Positions 1-12,381 of a stretch of 20,000 nt of DNA are shown here, piece by piece. Within the stretch, counting starts at the first letter, position 1. Every line of letters begins with the position of its first letter. A program made the position numbers and the translations under genes. The notes below the pieces were generated by a model. That model saw only the letters and a list, made by a program, of their open reading frames with translations, did no database searches and was not told the origin of the DNA. Origin of the DNA: Proteromonas lacertae (taxonomy: Eukaryota); NCBI GenBank assembly GCA_002245135.1, contig NGBS01001197.1:49953-69952 (forward strand), written 5' to 3'.

Positions 1-1
1 T

Positions 2-3000
2 GAAACTTTACGAAATAATCAAAAAGATCAAATAGAAGAAGAAGAAGGAGGAGGTGAAAGTGATAAAGAAAAGGAAATAGAAATAACTGATTTAAGAAAC
101 GAATTAGATGCAATAAAATCCTCTAAAAATGAACTGGAAGATCATCTACAAAAGGTTCAATTAGATTATGATGAATTAAAATCATCATTTGAACAAGAGA
201 AATACCAAAAAGAGCAAGAAGTTATAGCTGCTAATACAAAGTATGAAGAAATCTTAAATATGAAGAAAGATTTAGAGAGTGAAATAGAATCTTTAAAATC
301 AGATGCAAAAGCAGCAGTAGAAGAAAAGAACTTAGAATTGAATAATTTGAAGAAAGAAATAAACAATTTATTAGAAGAAAAATCAAAGTTAGAAAATAGA
401 TTAGAAGGCACAGCTGTAGAAATAGAAACATTGAAATCTGGTAAATCAGAAGATGAAATAAATAAAAATGAAGTGATAAACCAAATGATGAGTACTAATA
501 GCGATTTAACAGTGAAATATGAGACAATACAGAAGGAGTTAGAGGAAGTAAAGAGTAATGTAAATAGTGTAGAAGAAACTAGTGGTGTTAGTAATGGTGA
601 AAATAATAATAATAATGAGAATGAGATTAATGAAATGAGAATGAAGATTGAAGAGTTGAATAATAGTAAGATTGAATTAGAGAAAGAGATTGAAGAGTTG
701 AAACAATCAACTACAAGTGGTGAAAGTGAAAAAGACAATGAAATAAACAATTTGAAGAGTGAAATAGAAGAATTAAATAACAATAAATCTGAATTAGAAA
801 AGCAAATTGAAGAATTAAAACAATCAACTACAAGCGGTAATGATGAAAAGGATGTTGAAATTCAAACTCTCAAATCTCAAATAGAAGCATTAAATAACAA
901 CAAATCTGAATTAGAAAAGCAAATTGAAGAATTAAAACAATCGAATGAAAATAGCATTACTGAAAGAGATGGTGAAATTAGCAATTTGAAGACTCAAATA
1001 GAAGAATTAAAGCAAAGCTCTAGTGGTAATGATGAAAAGGATGTTGAAATTCAAACTCTCAAATCTCAAATAGAAGAATTAAATAACAATAAATCTGAAT
1101 TGGAGAAAGAAATTGAAGAATTAAAACAATCAACTACAAGTGGTGAAAGTGAAAAAGACAATGAAATAAACAATTTGAAGAGTGAAATAGAAGAATTAAA
1201 TAACAACAAATCTGAATTAGAAAAGCAAATTGAAGAATTAAAACAATCGAATGAAAATAACATTACTGAAAGAGATGGTGAAATTAGCAATTTGAAGACT
1301 CAAATAGAAGAATTAAAGCAAAGCTCTAGTGGTAATGATGAAAAGGATGTTGAAATTCAAACTCTCAAATCTCAAATAGAAGAATTAAATAACAATAAAT
1401 CTGAATTGGAGAAAGAAATTGAAGAATTAAAACAATCAACTACAAGTGGTGAAAGTGAAAAAGACAATGAAATAAACAATTTGAAGAGTGAAATAGAAGA
1501 ATTAAATAACAACAAATCTGAATTAGAAAAGCAAATAGAGGAATTAAAACAATTTAATTCTAATGGTGAAAGTGAAAAAGACAATGAAATAAACAATTTG
1601 AAGAGTGAAATAGAAGAATTAAATAACAACAAATCTGAATTAGAAAAGCAAATAGAGGAATTAAAACAATTTAATTCTAATGGTGAAAGTGAAAAAGACA
1701 ATGAAATTCAGAATCTCAAATCTCAACTTGAAGATGTAACCAAATCAAAAGAAGAAGAAATCTCACAAATAAAATCAGAATTAGAATCTCTCAAATCCTC
1801 TGAATCACTATCAAATACCAATAATACTGAAGAAGTTAACACACTAAAACAACAACTTCAATCCTTGAAATTAGAATATGATAATCTCCAAGAACTTAAG
1901 AGCAAAGAGACTGAAGAACAGAACAATGAAATATCTTCACTACAAGATGATATAACTACCATTCAGAACAGCAAGACTGAACTTCAACATCAATTGGATG
2001 ATATGAAGTCAAGCCACACTCAAGCTTTACAATCAAAAGATAATGAAATTAACCAATTACAATCAGAGATCAAGAATTTAAAGCAACAACAAACAGAATT
2101 TGAGAATTTACCCAATAAATTGAATAGTAAAGATGTTGAAATAAAGACATTAAATACTGAATTAGAAGGATTAAGAAATCATAATAAAGAGTTGAAATCA
2201 TTATATGAAAATGTCCAAAATGAATTAGAACTATTGCAATCTAAAAATACAAATCAAGATACCCAGAAAGATAGTGAAATTATATCTTTAAAATCACAAA
2301 TTGAAGAATTAACTCAGTCTAAAAATGAATCTGAAAAAGCATTAGAACCGTTAAAGAGTGAATTAGAGAAATTAAAAACAAGAGAGAATGAATTAAATGA
2401 AAAAATCAAATCATTAAAATTACAAAAAGATAGTTTAGAACAAGAAAAGAACACTTTGACAATAGATTTAGAGAAAATAAATATAGAGTTAAACTCATTG
2501 AAAACTATTGAAAGAAAATCATCAGAAGCTGGTGATGCAGTTGAAGATTTGAGTAATATCTCAGATCTAGATGTGATTCAATTGAAGAAAGAGTTGGAGA
2601 TTATAAAGAATTCAAAAGCTGAATTAGAAAAATCATATGTATTTTTATTTATTATTGATAATTATTATTTATATAGAGAAATGTTGCCCAACAATCTGCT
2701 GAAGATAAAAAACTATATAACAAACTGAAAAATGGTTTAAAGAAACTGAGAACTGAAAATACTGACTTGGTGTCTGAGAATAATAAAAAAGAATCTCAAT
2801 TAATTGAATTAAGAAAGATGTTATCTGATAAATCAACATCAAATGTATATATATATATCATATTATTAATTAGAATAATGAAGAACAAATCTCAAAATTA
2901 CAATCAGAAGTGAAAATAGCCAATGAAAATGCATTATCATTTGAGAATCAGTTTAAACATGAGAAAGAAGTGAATGATGTATTACTCAAACAAATTGAAC

Positions 3001-4999
3001 AAACCAAACAACAATGTAACTTGTACAAATCACAGATTCAAGTGAATGAACAAACTATCGAGTCATTAGGTTTGAATATTTCAACTTTACAAGGAAATAG
3101 TAGTGGTTTAGTGGAAGAAAATAATACAATGAAAAGTACATTAAGTGACCAGAATAAATTAATAGATAATTTAAAGAACGAAACTCAAAGAATAGTCAAT
3201 GAAAGAGATGAGTTACAGAATAAATATAAATCCTTAAATGATGAAAAAACATCATTAGAAGGACAAATATCTAAAGTAAAGAAATTATTATCTAAATCCC
3301 ATAAAGAATTACAAAATAAAGAAAATGAATTATTGAAGTTCAAAGGAATGACTTCAGTTGGTGGTAGTGGTGGAAATGCAATTTTGAATGATAACGATAC
3401 TTTTAATGTAGCAACTTGTAGGTTAGTTAATACAGATAAATGGTATTTGTTGGATGATTTGAATAATGGTAAACAATTGTGGTTGAAAGAAGATGATTTG
3501 AAGAATTATATGGCTTCACACCCAAACCGTATATTTATATATTATTTTATATGTCAATAGAACAATGGATATTACCAGAAATCTACGAAAGATCATTAGA
3601 AAACCAAATAGGTCTCAGTGAATTAAGAATCAAAGATTTATCTGAAGAATTGGAAGATATAAGAGATGAATATGAAAAATATAAAATAAAGGCACATACA
3701 GCTTTAAAAGCAATGAAATTGAATAATACATCATCATTACCAACTATTCAACCAGTAGTAAACCTCGAAGAAAGGGACAAGATCAGAGAATATAAACGAC
3801 AAATTGAAGAATGGCAAGAAAAGTTCAAATTATTAGATAAATCGTTTAATGATAATAAACTAGAGAATGAAAAATTGAAAAATAATAATGAATCATTAGA
3901 ACATGCTTATCAATTACTAAATGAGAAATTTAACCAACAAAAAGTAAGTTATGAAAAACAAATAGCAAATATTATGGAAAACAATGAAAAAGCTTATAAT
4001 GATTCAGTTTCATCAACTCATAAGTTATATGATGATTTAAAGAAAGATTATAATGATTTAACATTAGAATTAAAGAAAGTACATGAGAAATATAACGAAG
4101 AATTAAGACAAAAGAATGAAGAAATATTGAAACTAAAAGATGAAATACCAACTGCCATTGATGCATCATCATTCTTGCCAATTAATCGATCAGCTAAGAG
4201 ACCTAATAAAGAAAATATAGCTATTAAATTACCACCAGAATTATTATTAGATAATAAACAACAACAACAACAACAACTGGAAGCTACACCTCAATTGTTA
4301 CAATCTGATGATAATAATGGTCCAAAAGACATTGATGATGATGAAGAAGGAGAAGAAGGAGGAGAAGAAAATGAAAATAATGAAGAAAGAGAAAATTATC
4401 ATCAACAACAACTTCAACAACAGAATTCAACATCTACTCCATCCTCCAATACCACAACACCATCAACAACAAGAAGTACAAGGTTCAGACCAGCATTCAA
4501 AGATCCTACAAGAAATGTAGATCGTTCTGCTGATTTATTAGCATTTATATTGAATGAAAATCACAATACAAATGATAATAACAATAATTCTGATGGTAAT
4601 AGTAATATAAACACTGATTCAATGGAAGAATTCTTCGCTTTAGCTGCTCAAAATCAATTAAAAGCACAAAATGAGATTAAAAGAGTGTCAAAAGAATTAG
4701 AAGAAGTGAAATTAGATAATGAAGAATTGAAAAGTCGAATAAAACTACTTCAAACTCAAGAAAGAGTGTTAAAAGAAGAATTGAGAAGAGTTGCACCAGA
4801 TCAAACTCTTTTAGAATCAGCTGAAATAGCTAATAATGAATATTTGAAGAATGTGATTTTGAATTATACTACTGCTAAGAGTGATAGTGAAAGAAGGTCA
4901 TTGATACCTGTTCTTACTACTTTGCTTTCATTAAATGATCAAGAAGTTGAGAGATTGAGGGGAACAATGAATAAGGGATTATTCTCATTTTTACCTTAA
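2..4999 (+). CDS. GRIP-domain golgin-like long coiled-coil protein, 5'-partial. Exons <2-2638, 2677-2844, 2874-3528, 3561-4999
   Basis: The frame is open from base 2 (ETLRNNQKDQIEEEE...). Three GT-AG introns (2639-2676, 2845-2873, 3529-3560) join the three ORF-track pieces in frame. The protein is E/K/N/L-rich with heptad character. The C-terminus EYLKNVILNYTTAKSDSERRSLIPVLTTLLSLNDQEVERL matches the GRIP pattern, including the conserved Tyr. Confidence 0.88.
645..1725 (+). repeat. Coding tandem repeat in the golgin: 117-nt (39-aa) units with two 72-nt (24-aa) short units, forming a 306-nt higher-order duplication
   Basis: The anchor GGTGAAAGTGAAAAAGAC/GGTAATGATGAAAAGGAT recurs at 719, 836, 1025, 1142, 1331, 1448, 1565 and 1682 (spacings 117,189,117,189,117,117,117). 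The unit is roughly IEELNNNKSELEKQIEELKQSTTSGESEKDNEINNLKSE. Confidence 0.95.
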
Positions 5000-5531
5000 C
5001 TAATCTAGTCCAATAATTTGGTTATACTCTATTATGAATTTTTTATATTAATGATTTTTTTATTGTTCATAGGATCTATATAAAAATATGATTAGTATCA
5101 TAGAATTAGAAAAATAATTTATTGCCCTATATATGTATTTATATCAAGATTCTATTTTAGGAACAAAATAAAGAATTTTGTCAATGTAAATATAAATATC
5201 AAAAATTAAGTTTGTTTTTGATCTTCATACACGTTAATAATAGGTTTAAAGTGAAGAAAATGAAACGACATAATCATCAGAAATCTTGCTTAAATCACAT
5301 GGGACTGTTATTTTAGCTAAGTTTTAGATCAAACTCAAAGATTAGTTAATTACTTTTACAGTTCACTTCACAATTCAGTATCGCAACATTGAGATAAAGC
5401 ACAAAGCTTGATATTCATTATTCAAGCCCAAATTTGAAAACCGAAAGGATTTTGTGTCTTCTTTTTCTTATTTGCTTATATATGTCACTTGGCTATTAAG
5501 GAAAGGAGGGCTAAATATCTTTTTAGGTTAA

Positions 5532-7918
5532 ATGAAATCAGTTTTTTCGGTGTTATACAATAATGTCCCTATAAACATAAATGTCACTCATCAGACGAAA
5601 GTTAGTAATGTAAAAGAACAGTTGAGCGTCAAATTAGGTATACCACCCTCATCAATAATTCTATCATACAATGGTAAGAAAATACACAACAGTAATTATT
5701 TATACTACTATTTCTGTTCTGATGATTCTGAAACAATAGTATTTACAGCAACGACCACATTAAAAAGTGATAAAAACAACTCAATTCAATTTTTTGGTGG
5801 CATTGAAACACCTGAAGTATGAATTATATAATTATATGTGTTTAAATAGGAAATGAAGAATGCAATAACTGAAGTCACCTCTGGTCTCCAAAATTATGAT
5901 CCAAAAAGAGCAGAAGAAGGAATGGGTGGTACATACTTTTTAAAGAATTACAATGGAGAGAATATTTATTGTTTTAAACCACAAGATGAAGAACCAATGG
6001 CGCCAAATAATCCACACGATTTTGTTGGTCCATTTGGTTCTACAGGTCTTCGTGATTTTATTAAATCAGGCTGGTCATGTATACGTGAGGTAGCTGCATA
6101 TTATATGGATAAAGATCATTTTAGTGGAGTTCCAGCAACAACATTAGCTGAAATGAGTTCAAAATCTTTCAATTACAATAATTGTAGTGGAAGTGGAGAT
6201 GATGATAATAATTATATCCCCAAGCTAGGTTCTTTACAGAAATTTGTAGAATGTGATGATTTACTTATTGATCGAAGTAGCAAGATATTAAGTGTCATGG
6301 ATATTCATAAGATAGGAATATTAGATATACGTATCTTGAATCTAGATCGAAATGAAGAAAATATCTTGCTAAAGCAAATGGGTCGATCTCTAGTGACCAA
6401 TGAAGTTATTTGGAAGGCAATCCCAATAGATCATGGTTATTCAATCCCTAGTAAGATAAATATTGGATGGTGTGATTGGTGTTGGTTTGAGTACCCTCAA
6501 GCCAAAGTTCCATTTGACAAAGAAACAAAGGAATATATAAAGTCAATCAATATTGATGAAGATATCATCTTTTTAAGAGAAAAGTTGAAGATCAATGAAG
6601 TGTGTTTGAAGAATTTAAGGATTTCGAATTTATTACTTCAGATTGGTGTTGAAAGAGGTTTAACCCTCTATGAAATTGCCTATATGATGTTACGATTAGA
6701 TACAAACATGGAAAGACCATCAATACTTGAAGAATGCTGTGATTTATCAGAAAGGCTGTTAGATATGAGTTTGAAGAATATAAAAGAAAGAGGTACTGCC
6801 AACACAACAAGTACAACTGCTACTGCTGGTACAAATGAAGGAAATAATACTAGTTATAAGATGATCAGTAATAATCACAACGGTATTGATAGAAAATACA
6901 ATATACACGTAAATACAAATTTCGATGAAGTAATCCAAAGTCCAGAAATCAGTCCACAACAATCAGCAGGAAGTGTACTTTCAGAATTAAACGATGAAAT
7001 TAATAAAAAGCAACCTCCAATTGTACCAAATCAATCTCCCTTAAGTGATACATTCTTACTAATAGATACACCGCAGATGTCACCAATGTTAGTTGGTTCA
7101 TTTATGAGCAATAATAATAATAATAATAATTTGAATGATTTTAGTTTAGATGATAATTGTAATGGTAATGATGATAAAGAGTTAAGTTTTGGTAGTTTTA
7201 ATAATGAAAAAGTCTATTCATTTTCTATGAATAATTCATATAGTGTTAATAATAATAATAATAGTTCAATATTTGAATCAATTATACCTCCACCTAATGA
7301 CTTTAATAATACAGTTCAAACACAATCAAAATCTGAACCATCGTCATCCACTAAGAAATATAATAATAATTTCTCATTAGTTACTTCACCTTTATTACAG
7401 CCTTCATTTGAAATATCAATGGATAAAAATAATAAAGATTCATTGTTATTTACAGATGAAATATATAATCCAAAATGTACAAATAAACCGCCATTAAATC
7501 CAGATGATTTACCCGTCGCTACAACAGAAACTGTAAACTGTAAATCGGAAGAATTAGAAGAAGCAGAAAGTGGAGATAAATGTACACCGCTTGTGAGTAA
7601 ACTGAAAGTGGATACTGCTTTAGTAAGGACCTGTAGTTATACAGCCAATTCTACACTACTTAATAGCCTTAGCAAGAGTAATAGCAATAATAGTGTAAGT
7701 AATATAAAAACAGGTAAACGAAGCAAAACGCCAAAGAACAAAAGAATGAAAAAAGAAGATAATGAAAAAGAGAAATTATTTTTTGTATATATATATATAT
7801 TCTTTATTTATTTTATATATAGTTTCATTTAAAGGAAGTACTTATAAATCGTTGTGATATAGTGAAGCAAAGGAATTTGATTAAAAACAGAAAAGTAAGA
7901 AATTATTCTGTAGCTTGA
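5532..7918 (+). CDS. Type II phosphatidylinositol 4-kinase, gamma-like, with an N-terminal ubiquitin-like domain. Exons 5532-5816, 5850-7784, 7823-7918
   Basis: Kinase motifs: EGMGGTYF, FKPQDEEP, REVAAY, GVPATTL, KLGSLQKFV, DIRILNLDRNEENIL, IPIDHGY, WFEYPQAKVPF. Exon 1 reads TKVSNVKEQLSVKLGIPPSSIILSYNGKKI, which is ubiquitin-like. Both introns (5817-5849, 7785-7822) are phase 0. Stop TGA at 7916-7918. The C-terminal half is N/S-rich low complexity. Confidence 0.9.
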
Positions 7919-8155
7919 TGAAGAATTTATGAATGTAATTATTAATTTTTTATATATAATAAAACATATTTTCTTTTGTTGATATGTATTTTACAGAATA
8001 TAATGAAATGTATTTAATTTGATTTATATTTTTATTACACACAATTAACATGTTAAATTAAACATGATATCTCTTATTTAAATGTTTATCAATTGATGAC
8101 ATATAAAAATAACAACCTTACGTCATCAAAACACATTCTTAACACCATTTTTAAA

Positions 8156-9178
8156 ATGAAATATTTATTCTTCTTATTCTTGATTGTTTTTTCATTTGCA
8201 TTTGATGAAAGACCAAAAGTTAAAGTATATCCACAGGATATTGGAATTATAATCTCAATGGGTGACTCAATCACTGCTGCAACTCATTCAGAGCAGATTC
8301 CTGCATTTGATAGCAAAGTATATGATATTTATTTATTTTTAATAAGGGTGTTTCATTCGCTTCAGGTGGTTATCAAAATTCAACTAGTATCTTCAATTAC
8401 CTTAGAAAATATAATCCTAATGTGATTGGAGGAACTACAAGTATTATGTGTTATATATATAAATATAGGAACTCAACCAATGAAAGATGATGAAGGTTTC
8501 AATGTAGCAATAGCAGGATCTTGCACTTATAATTTGATGAAGCAATTAGATAATGCAATTGATAGAATGAAGAAGATTCCTGGTTTTGATTATGAAAATA
8601 CTTGGAAATTATTCACAGTATTCAGTGGAGGTAATGATTTATGTGATATTTCAATGGAATCAAATATTCCTGAACTTGTATACAATATAACCAACGGTTT
8701 GGATATATTTTTATTTGAATTACAACAGAAAGTGCCAAAAGCATTTGTTAATCTGATGGGAATATTAGATCCATCAAAAGTTTATGATACAGGTCATTCA
8801 GATAATAGATGCCTTATACAAAACACAGTTGCTTTAACAATGTCTTGTCCTATAGCAAGATATGCTTTGGGAAGATATTGCATAAATGAAGCTTCAAGAC
8901 AATCTAACGAATTATTACATCAAATATTAAATCGACATCCAAGTACAGATTCGTTTATTTTAAGTTATCATCCAATGACAGAAGGGTTTATGTTAGATTC
9001 AGTGGATTATATATCTAAAGTAGATTGTTTTCATCCCAATGCTAAAGCTCAAGGAGTAATGGCCAAAGCATTATGGAAGAGTATGTTTACTCCAGTTCAT
9101 CGAAGACATCCAACAAATGGAGATGAGTTTTATAATACTGAAGAGTTTGATGCTGGAAATAAACCTTTTGAATATTAG
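8156..9178 (+). CDS. Secreted SGNH/GDSL lipase, phospholipase B1-like. Exons 8156-8317, 8347-8440, 8469-9178
   Basis: Signal peptide MKYLFFLFLIVFSFA. Block I MGDSITA, then SFASGG, YNPNVIG, FNVAIAG, block III GGNDLC and block V DCFHPN. Introns 8318-8346 (AAG acceptor) and 8441-8468 restore the frame. Confidence 0.9.
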
Positions 9179-9417
9179 AATATAAATATTGAATAGTAAT
9201 AGTAAATGAAGTTAGCTTTAAAAGTGATTATTCAATTAATTCAAGTTAATGATTTAATAAATAGTTGTATTAATAGTTTTTTTTTTATTTTGCTTTTATG
9301 AATAAAATGAATCATGAAGATTCTATAAACGAATCATTATTTCCGATTGTTAAAATGAATCTTTTTTGAATCTATTTTGACTCAACCAATCACTTTTATT
9401 GCTTCTTTTTTTTCTGA

Positions 9418-10261
9418 ATGCTTCTCTTAATCGAAGAAAGTGGGGTTATTGTTAATCATGATCGTGGAGTTTTAACAGGTACTGCACATCGAGAACAAAG
9501 AAGGAATAGAGGTGAAGAAGGTAGAGTCAATATCAGACAATTCAGTATTGTTCAACTCGCAAAAATGCGAAATAGAAAACCTGGTAAAAGACGTCAAAGA
9601 AGATGGGATAATGGTATTTTTTATTTTAATCTTTTACAATCTAGATACTTTGTTAGGTTTAGATAAAATGGATGAAAATTTATTATCTAACTCCAATATA
9701 CCACTCAATATTGATTTTGAAAGTAGTACCTCCTTATCAGAAATATTTAATGATCCTCTTTGTCAAGATATGTTTTTATCTGTCATATCTTACGATACAG
9801 TCACAAACAAGAAGAATACTTCTATCAATTTAGATCAACATTATTCATTAAAAGAGATGAAAAAGCGTTTAAATAAATCAAGTTTTGAAAAATTGAAGAA
9901 TTACTACGAATTACCATTTATTAAAGAAATAGAAGAGTATCTAAGATTAATGATTATAAATGGAATTAACTCACCAGTCATTCAAAACTATAATTTTGAA
10001 TATGATATGAAAACCGTATTGAATGAGTTGCCATCATTTCATACATCTAACAATGATAAGCAGTATTTAGTATTGTCATTTATTGATTCTTTTTGCCGTG
10101 TTTTAATTCATTATTTATGTGAATTCTATGATATGCTATGTGAAAGTGATTTAGTTAATAATACTAGTAAGATTAAGAACGGATGTAACAAGTTGTTATA
10201 TATAAGACCTAAATTTATGTATAAAATCCATGATTTACCTAAATTTAGTGATTGTATATAA
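9418..10261 (+). CDS. R3HDM4: R3H domain-containing protein 4-like (R3H-associated N-terminal region plus R3H domain). Exons 9418-9613, 9645-10261
   Basis: The basic motif PGKRRQRRWDND spans the intron 9614-9644 (phase 1). C-terminal DSFCRVLIHYLCEFYDM carries the RxxxH signature. Confidence 0.75.
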
Positions 10262-10364
10262 TGATAATTATTTTTTCCGAAATATAAATATAAATATTTA
10301 TGTAAAAAATGGGTTTTATATATAACAACAATAACAATACAAAAATGTATGTAAATTATAAACA

Positions 10365-12269
10365 TTAGATTGTTATTTCCGTTTGACTCTCATTGTCACT
10401 ATTATCATAAAACATTTCATCAAATAAATTAGAATATTTTCCATTTGGATTCTTTTCAGGAAATACTTCATTCAAATCAGTCAACAGCAATTTGATTGGA
10501 TATGGTTCAACATTAAACTGTTGAGAATTCTTTAGAGATTCTGGCGAGAAATCATTTGCATTCTTACTGTCTTGAGAACGTACTTTTCCTACGGAATTAT
10601 TATTATTATTGCTGTTGAAACTCATAGTAAATGAATTGGCTAAATTCTGTTTTAATAGTTTGAGATATTTCAGTGAATAATTTACTTTACTTATTGAATC
10701 ATCTATATATATATATATATAATTTATAACTATACAACTAGTTGGGTTTTACAAGTGTAAATAACTTTTCTAATTCATTATAAAACATATTTACTATATA
10801 ATATTTAATCTCAATTAAATATGAAAAAAACTATATAACAAATAATAATAATATATTATACATCAATCAATATAATCAACTCTTCTTCAGTTGTTAATTT
10901 ATTCACTGTATCTATCAGTAATGGAAATACATCAATCAAAAATGAATTTAATACCACAGTATCATATCTATCTGAAGATACTAAACTTGTTAAAGTTAAT
11001 AAAACATTAGCCAATATCTCTGAATCACTATTCATTAATATATATATATATAATATACTTTATATGTAATAGAAATGTCAATGGTTCATAATCTGATATT
11101 GGTAATTCAAAACATTGAATAATTCGTGGATAAAACACTTTTAAAAACTCTGAACATTGTCTCATTACTGGATTTACCTATTATATATTAATATATATAT
11201 ATACATAGAAATTCATTATAATCAATATAATATCAAATATATTATTCTGCTGCTGTTTATCTGGTTTATAAATCGAAGATAAACATGCATTTGTATAACT
11301 CAAATTGGTAAAAATTTCAAATATTTTAACTAAATAAACTCCTTCAATTGTTCTTTCATTTGTATTGACACAATCATTTATTTTATGTAGCAGCAATAAC
11401 ACACCGTTTTCATTCTTATTGGTAATAGAATTTTCACTAAAATAACTTGCATATGTTGGACTTTTAACTAACACATTTAATACATTCAAAGCTGGTATAA
11501 TTCGATGAAATGGCTGATTCCTTAAGAACGTCTTTACTTCATCTATTAAATACTTATCAAATGTACCTTCTACGATAGATATATGTGCTTGTTCTAGTAA
11601 TATAGTGAAATTACTTATATAAAAATCATTCTGGTTGGAGTATTGATCATTTATATTATCAACTATTGGAGCTGTTGTTGTTGGAGTTGGTGCGATGGGA
11701 TTTATTGGGTTTTGCTTTGTGTCTGGGATGATTTTGTCGTTTTTATCTGGTGAAGATTGATTTCTTTTAAATGAATCACTTGATATGCCTGCTATTTAAA
11801 ATGATAAATTAATTGTTTAATATACGAAGAGGATTGTATATATCTTTTGGTGGATTTAGTGGATCTCGTTGTTGGCTTTGTCGAGCTATTACACCTATAG
11901 CTTTTGCCCAACCGTCTCTTTCAGCTATTGAATCACATCGAAAAATCCATTTTCTCTGAGAATCTTTAACTTGAAACTATTTGATTATAAATACATAACT
12001 GATATCTTACGAGTTCAGCATGTAACACAAATTTTGTATCTTCACCCATCTCTACTCTGCTTCCTAGTAATTCTATTGGCTTTTTAATATTCTTTTTGTT
12101 TTCTTGATAACTTTCGGCATTAGTATAATAATAGAGTAAATGTCCTTTCAAAACGAAATAACGACGTTTCCAACTCATTTTTCGAAAAAGAGCAAAACCA
12201 TTTCCCTCTTTGAACATATATCCTTTGTGTTTAATATCATCCTAGTGATTAAAATCAAAAAAATACCAT
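10365..12269 (-). CDS. N-terminal PH-domain protein with a Pro/Thr linker and a helical (ARM/HEAT-like?) C-terminal region. Exons 12269-12267, 12241-12011, 11976-11826, 11791-11205, 11177-11059, 11027-10862, 10830-10736, 10702-10365. One apparent +1 indel near 10745
   Basis: PH motifs: HKGYMFKEG, WKRRYFVLKGHLLYYY, FQVKDSQRKWIFRCDSIAERDGWAKAI. Seven GT-AG introns of 25-34 nt. All junctions are in phase except the last, which needs one base removed before the TAG at 10740-10738. Confidence 0.8.
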
Positions 12270-12381
12270 TTTTAGATTCAAGCAAGTTTGAAAGATCCAA
12301 AACGACTATAATAAAAAAGGTGTCTCAAAATTATCGATTGTTATTTTTATAAAATTTTTTGAAAAAAATACATTCGGAAAG
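12270..12381. promoter_or_regulatory. Compact bidirectional promoter region between the PH-domain gene and the copine
   Basis: Divergent ATGs at 12269 (minus) and 12382 (plus) are separated by only 112 nt. Confidence 0.6.

Noticed and set aside
166..1701. Minus-strand ORFs of 205, 66, 74 and 109 aa rich in F/S/L
   Set aside because: They are antisense shadows of the GAA/AAA-rich repetitive golgin exon.
645..1725. Possible CRISPR-like repeat array
   Set aside because: The units are contiguous, in-frame multiples of 3 with no unique spacers, inside a eukaryotic exon.
8045..8056. Palindrome TTAACATGTTAA
   Set aside because: It is short and AT-rich, so expected by chance.
12217..12225. ATATCCTTT, a U12-donor-like sequence on the plus strand
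   Set aside because: It is antisense to PH-gene coding sequence (KGYM) and has no plus-strand transcript context.
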